From Candidatus Latescibacterota bacterium (GTDB lineage: Bacteria > Latescibacterota > UBA2968 > UBA8231): a stretch of 64,000 nt of DNA. Location of the stretch: assembly GCA_965248265.1 (NCBI GenBank), contig CBDFJF010000001.1, positions 128,001 to 192,000 of the forward strand. Direction: 5' to 3'. The notes below the pieces were generated by a model. That model was not told where the DNA came from. It made no database searches and was given only the letters and a program-made list of their open reading frames with translations. Position numbers and translations under genes: made by a program. Of this stretch, positions 59,812 through 64,000 are shown piece after piece (position 1 is the stretch's first letter; each line of letters begins with the position of its first letter).

Positions 59812-61443
59812 CTACTCCTTCGCACGAACCCGCAGCTGCGCTGCGTCAAGCACGACCTCAGACGAAGCGGACTCGCCGCGGTTCTGCACCGCCACGTCCA
59901 GCTGATTCTCACCGCGACGGATCTGTCTGGCATCGAGCTTGCCCTGCAGCCACTGACCTTCCTTGGGTTTTCGGTCCGGATCGGCCGGTTCCAGCCCCTC
60001 GACAGCGGCGCCGTTGAGTTTCACCGAGAAGTCGTCACCGGGAGCCCAATCCCACAGATGCAGGCTGAAATCGATGCTGCGCGCACCGGCAGATCCGACC
60101 TCCTCGCCCACCTGAAAACCCGCGGACACGGGGAGGGTAATCTCCGGGACTTCGGTGAAGCTATTGGGGCCTACAAAACACTCGATTCCGTAGAGCCTGT
60201 CTTTTCCCGCAATAGTTGCCGGTTCGCCGATCTCGCCCCACCATTCCGGCTCGCCGAACGCGGGATTGAAGAGGTAGAGCCCATCGGCGCCGGAATTGAA
60301 CAGATTCGAGGCGGCTCCCCGCCACGCGGCCATTGTGCCCTCCCAGCTGTTGAACACGAGAATAAACGACGGTCTGCCGACGCGCTCGGGCTGAGCTCCG
60401 CAGAGGGTCTCTACCCACGACCCGAACTGTCTGTATTTGCCATCGGTAAGTCCGAGAAAGGCCCAGCGACCCCAGAAGCCCCAGGACACGCAGGGATAGA
60501 CCGGAACCTCGTACTTGTGTCCCAGTGCGATCATATCGTTGTAGGAACTGCAAAACACCGATTCCAAGTTGCCGCCGGGCATGAGCAGATCGATCAATCC
60601 CTCCGCCAGCCACGTTTCCAGGTCGACCCCCACGTGTATCGAATCGGCAAGGCTGAACGGCGTATGCGCCGCCAGCAGCAGTGGGCGGCCGCGGCGGTTG
60701 GCCTGCTCGTCGGCCATGTCCCGGATGCGCCGCAAGAAATCGTTCATCAACTCCAGATGCTCCGGTTCGACGGGATTGCCCTCCAGTGACTCACGGAAGA
60801 AGGGCCAGTACTTGAAGAACTCCATGCCGATACAGTCCACGTCGTAGTTCTGCGCCACCTCCTGAATGATGCCGAAGATGTGCTCGCGCACCTCCGGAAT
60901 GGCGAAATCCATTTTCGTCCAGTAACAACGCGGGTGACCCCTCGGGTATTTCTCCCAATCGCCCTCCGTGCCCATCATGTATTGCGGATGGTCTCGCTTG
61001 AACTTGGCCAGACCGTAGGTCCATCGACGCGAACCCATGGGGAAGGAATCATGGGGATCGTTCATGCGCAGGCACCAAGCTGCTTCCAGGCCATGCTCGT
61101 GGCTGAAATCCAGCTGTACCTGCAAGCTGTCGCGCCCGTATTTCTCCACCAGCTCCAGCGGGATCCCCTTGCCGTAGAATCCGCCCAACTTCGTATGGTG
61201 TGAAAAGGTGAGGCCCGCCATGCAGCTGGCGAACCAGTTGCTGTCCACCTGGGTGCCGATCAGAGGCGTGCTGCGGGCATCGAGAAAATCTTGTACCAGA
61301 TCTCCGGTGGCGCGTACCGTCTGGGCTCCGGCGACGTCATACTCATGTTCCACTCCGGAGCGTGCTTCGATTACATCGTCGCCGTCGTTGTTGTAAATGA
61401 TCCGGCGTTGCCGCCAGCGCGCCTTCATCCGGTCTGCATTCAC
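59812..61443 (-). CDS. GHL10-like protein, paralog of 45577..47211
   Basis: Shared blocks RRIIYNNDG, SCMAG.TFSHHTKLGGFYG, NSWEGTMAAWR.AA.NLFN. Confidence 0.75.
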   Translation of the reverse strand: MNADRMKARWRQRRIIYNNDGDDVIEARSGVEHEYDVAGAQTVRATGDLVQDFLDARSTPLIGTQVDSNWFASCMAGLTFSHHTKLGGFYGKGIPLELVEKYGRDSLQVQLDFSHEHGLEAAWCLRMNDPHDSFPMGSRRWTYGLAKFKRDHPQYMMGTEGDWEKYPRGHPRCYWTKMDFAIPEVREHIFGIIQEVAQNYDVDCIGMEFFKYWPFFRESLEGNPVEPEHLELMNDFLRRIRDMADEQANRRGRPLLLAAHTPFSLADSIHVGVDLETWLAEGLIDLLMPGGNLESVFCSSYNDMIALGHKYEVPVYPCVSWGFWGRWAFLGLTDGKYRQFGSWVETLCGAQPERVGRPSFILVFNSWEGTMAAWRGAASNLFNSGADGLYLFNPAFGEPEWWGEIGEPATIAGKDRLYGIECFVGPNSFTEVPEITLPVSAGFQVGEEVGSAGARSIDFSLHLWDWAPGDDFSVKLNGAAVEGLEPADPDRKPKEGQWLQGKLDARQIRRGENQLDVAVQNRGESASSEVVLDAAQLRVRAKE

Positions 61444-61465
61444 GTCTCAATCTCCTCGCTCTCGG

Positions 61466-61624
61466 TTAATTGGATCCGGTAGTACTCGCCGGTTGGAAAA
61501 GTTCATGCTGATGCCGTCCGGATCTTCCATATACACGCCCCAGGCCCCCTTGTTCACACCCGCAGTGATGTGGACGGGCGACGAGCGAAATTTCACGCCC
61601 GTGGCGCGCACCGACGACTTTCAT
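61466..61624 (-). pseudogene. VOC/glyoxalase remnant
   Basis: GVKFRSSPV....NKGAWGVYMEDPDGI / ELFQP; N-terminal part deleted. Confidence 0.55.
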
Positions 61625-61635
61625 ATTCCTCCTCT

Positions 61636-61890
61636 TCAGAAAAGCTGATACGCTCCCCAGCCGCCGTCCACCCACAGCACTTCCCCCACGATGTAGGAAG
61701 CTTCGTCGCTGGCCAGATAGAGCACGGCTTCGGCAATCTCCTGCGGCGTGCCCAACCGCCGCATGGGGGTACGACGCTCGTACATCTCCTGCGAGGCGGT
61801 GCCTTCGGCCAGGCCTTTCTCGACCATCTCGGTCAACACCACGCCCGGCGCCAGCCCCACTACCCGCACACCGCGATCGGCCCACTCGAT
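61636..61890 (-). pseudogene. SDR oxidoreductase C-terminal fragment
   Basis: EWADRGVRV..LAPG..TEM...PMRRLGTPQEIA...ASYIVG..LWVDGG. Confidence 0.85.
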
Positions 61891-61904
61891 GCACCCGACT
61901 ACCG

Positions 61905-62587
61905 ATGCTCAGTGGGATGAGGGAACGGTCGAGAAGCTGCAGAAGTGGGCAGCCGACAAGGAGGCAGTGCGTGCCGTACTTCTCACCGGCAACAGGGCAG
62001 GACCGCCAGGATCATACGATGCGTTGTCGGATTTCGATGTCGTTCTGGTCGTTCGAGATGTCCATCCTTTCCATGTGGACCGAATCTGGATAGGCGACTT
62101 TGGCGTCGTTCTGGTGACCTACTGGGACGCACTCTATGCGGACCAGGAGACTGGACTTGAGATCTTTGCCAACGTCGTGCAGTACGAAAGTGGATTGCGG
62201 ATCGACTTCACGCTTTGGCCTGTCGAAAAGGCGCGCCGGGTTGGCCAGACCTCGGAGCTCCCTGCTGGCCTTGACGTTGGTTATTCGGTGCTCGTTGACA
62301 AGGACAATCTTACGACGGGCTTCAGGGCCCCAAGCTTCATGGCGTTTGCCTCAGCAAAACCGAGCGCAGTGGAGTTTTCGCGGTTCGTTGAAGAGTTCTA
62401 TAGCGATGCGCCGGCTGTCGCCAAGTTTCTGATGCGCGGCGACTTGATGCCGGCCAAGTGGGTCCTTGACCAAGACATGAAGCAGGTCTATCTGAGGCGG
62501 CTTCTGCAATGGCAGATTGCCCTGGACACTGACTGGAACGCGCAGTTCCGATCGCTTGGGAATGATCTACAGCGACGGGTATGTTGA
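61905..62587 (+). pseudogene. Aminoglycoside 6-adenylyltransferase-like nucleotidyltransferase, truncated
   Basis: VRAVLLTGNRA...DALSDFDV, RIDFTL, VLVDKD, EEFY...VAK.L.RGDL; no in-frame start, short C-terminus. Confidence 0.65.
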
Positions 62588-62818
62588 CACGAATGGCCCC
62601 GAAGTACGCACCTCTTGCCGCCCCACCGATTCCGAGTCGTCCCTTGTAAGTGGCGGCATCCGTCTCAGAAACGATTTCCGCAGCGACTCCTAGTCCCAGC
62701 AGATCCTCGAGCAGTCGCTCACCTATCCTGTCCTTTATGGCTTCCATCTAATCCGATCTATGGACTATCTATAATGTGCCTTATCTTTCCCACCCTATCA
62801 CCCTGTCTAGACCTCGAT

Positions 62819-62931
62819 ACTGACACACTGACAGAGTCCGACACAGTATCGGGAAAGGTTTTCATAGAGGGGTGAGATCCAGTATGGAGAGACTACCCGG
62901 AAGCTGGGTCTGGGTACGTCAGTGTGTCAGT
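62819..62931. repeat. Imperfect palindrome B
   Basis: Perfect 14-bp ends ACTGACACACTGAC / GTCAGTGTGTCAGT with a partially complementary interior. Confidence 0.8.
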
Positions 62932-62963
62932 CATGCCTCCACGGCCACAACCACGCAGGTCAT
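62924..62963. repeat. 40-bp direct repeat of 55030..55069
   Basis: GTGTCAGTCATGCCTCCAC(G/C)GCCACAACCACGCAGGTCAT, 39/40 identical. Confidence 0.9.
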
Positions 62964-62976
62964 CTCCGGCAATGCA

Positions 62977-63537
62977 TCACGAGTCGAGTTTCTTGGAGAA
63001 AATTGCACTGGCCTCCTGGCACGTCGCCGCGTCACTGACTGGAATCTCGACCCACTCTCCACTGCTATGTAGGACTTCCAGTCCGCCCTCAGCCTGCCTG
63101 CAAGCGGAGAGATCGGTCCAACTGATGAAGTCGGATCTCTTCTCCTGGGACGGGTCCGTTTTTGTCGTGCGCTCGTCGGCATCCTTTACCTTCGGTAGCA
63201 GAAAGCCAAAAAAGGGGGTGCGAGATTTTGAAATCCCATCCGTTCCCAGTTTGTAGTGGATCGGCCTCGTGAGGAACTGAGAGATCCCGAAAATGATCGC
63301 CAGAACTGCAGCAAAGACACCTCCTATCTGCCTCGTCGTCATGCTCCTGGCGGTGTGTTGCACATCGATAAGGGCGAAGGCAATCAGCAGAAGAGAAAAC
63401 ACAGCGGCGAACACAAGCCATACCATGTATCGCGCCGCAGCTGGCTTCGTGTACTCCCACTCCAGGAATATCTCATCCTCCCACTTCGGGTAGGAGAGCT
63501 TCTTCCAAGTTGGCGATGACCGCATAACCACGTCCAC
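62977..63537 (-). CDS. Hypothetical two-TM membrane protein
   Basis: 186-aa ORF with two hydrophobic helices and a soluble tail. Confidence 0.55.
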   Translation of the reverse strand: MDVVMRSSPTWKKLSYPKWEDEIFLEWEYTKPAAARYMVWLVFAAVFSLLLIAFALIDVQHTARSMTTRQIGGVFAAVLAIIFGISQFLTRPIHYKLGTDGISKSRTPFFGFLLPKVKDADERTTKTDPSQEKRSDFISWTDLSACRQAEGGLEVLHSSGEWVEIPVSDAATCQEASAIFSKKLDS

Positions 63538-63564
63538 CTGTTTCGCCAGTCGTACTTCGTCGAC

Positions 63565-63664
63565 CTACCGCTCCGTCAGAGCGCTCTCCGTATTCTCAAA
63601 CACTCCCACATCCTGACTCAGCTCCACAATATCAAACACCTTCCTGAAGTGCTGCTTCAACTTT
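63565..63664 (-). pseudogene. STAS (anti-anti-sigma) C-terminal fragment
   Basis: LKQHFRKVFDIVELSQDVGVFENTESAL. Confidence 0.5.
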
Positions 63665-63704
63665 ATGGATTATGGGCATTGTCGTCAGCGAATGATCATG
63701 CTTC

Positions 63705-63842
63705 TTAGCTCTCGGACTTGGCATTGAGCCGCTGGTCAATCGATTCCAGGCCACGTATGACTTCGTTGAAGCCCTTTTTCATCGCAATCAGAATCCCCAA
63801 AAGCACTGTCATAATTGCAGCAAGCAAGATGGTATCGATCAT
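63705..63842 (-). CDS. Small single-TM hypothetical protein
   Basis: GGAGG RBS; MIDTILLAAIMTVLLGILIAMKKGFNEV... Confidence 0.5.
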   Translation of the reverse strand: MIDTILLAAIMTVLLGILIAMKKGFNEVIRGLESIDQRLNAKSES

Positions 63843-63910
63843 GATGGGTCCTCCGATGACCAATGGCGGTACGTGATCAGGCTTGTGGGTGACTTCGGCT
63901 GTGAGCTCGC

Positions 63911-64000
63911 TCATAATTCGACTCCTACGACCACGATCGTCTGATCGTCCTCCTGCGTGTGGTCGTCTCCGAACCCTTTACTTTTCCGCCAGAAGCTCCT
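63911..64000 (-). pseudogene. PP2C/SpoIIE phosphatase C-terminus (window edge)
   Basis: KGFGDDHTQEDDQTIVVVGVEL*. Confidence 0.55.

Noticed and set aside
59533-60789. Long antisense ORFs (also 7264..8445, 9134..10144, 18591..19781, 36992..38128, 45946..47058, 51662..52555)
   Set aside because: They overlap well-supported genes on the opposite strand and lack motifs; typical shadow ORFs of GC-rich DNA.
61748-62587. Functional streptomycin resistance gene
   Set aside because: The ORF's first ~50 codons are antisense SDR sequence; the homologous part lacks its own start and is C-terminally short.
52688-64000. Classical integron cassette array
   Set aside because: No intI, no recognisable RYYYAAC...GTTRRRY attC boundaries, and mixed gene orientations.

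Overview
GC-rich bacterial window with no rRNA, tRNA or CRISPR array. The gene families (FlgD-Ig-tailed secreted proteins, DUF6785-type membrane proteins, a TWGxIK C-terminal tail, many Gfo/epimerase/GH-like genes) suggest Candidatus Latescibacterota or a relative; this is an inference. (1) 2.7-22.9 kb: a compact minus-strand envelope cluster of unknown function, the best candidate for an undescribed system. It has two membrane-fused spermidine-synthase-like proteins at its ends, two FlgD-tailed discoidin-like secreted proteins, a TPR protein, an ~885-aa exported protein with Asp-rich loops, a PpiC/SurA-like lipoprotein and an FG-GAP/ASPIC-UnbV/TPR lipoprotein. (2) 22.9-39 kb: mobile-element debris (IS481, IS91, RIT, IS3), further FlgD-family copies or tails, and an old inverted duplication with reciprocal decay around a TWGxIK-tailed gene and sugar-acid catabolic genes. 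(3) 39-52.6 kb: divergent sigma-54 promoters, intact IS3 and IS630 elements, and a DUF6785 gene with glycoside-hydrolase-like genes. (4) 52.7-64 kb: a plasticity zone with long imperfect palindromes, a 40-bp direct repeat encoding a PP2C/SpoIIE tail, a secreted S74-chaperone fibre protein and many gene fragments. All family calls come from motif recognition by eye, not database searches.
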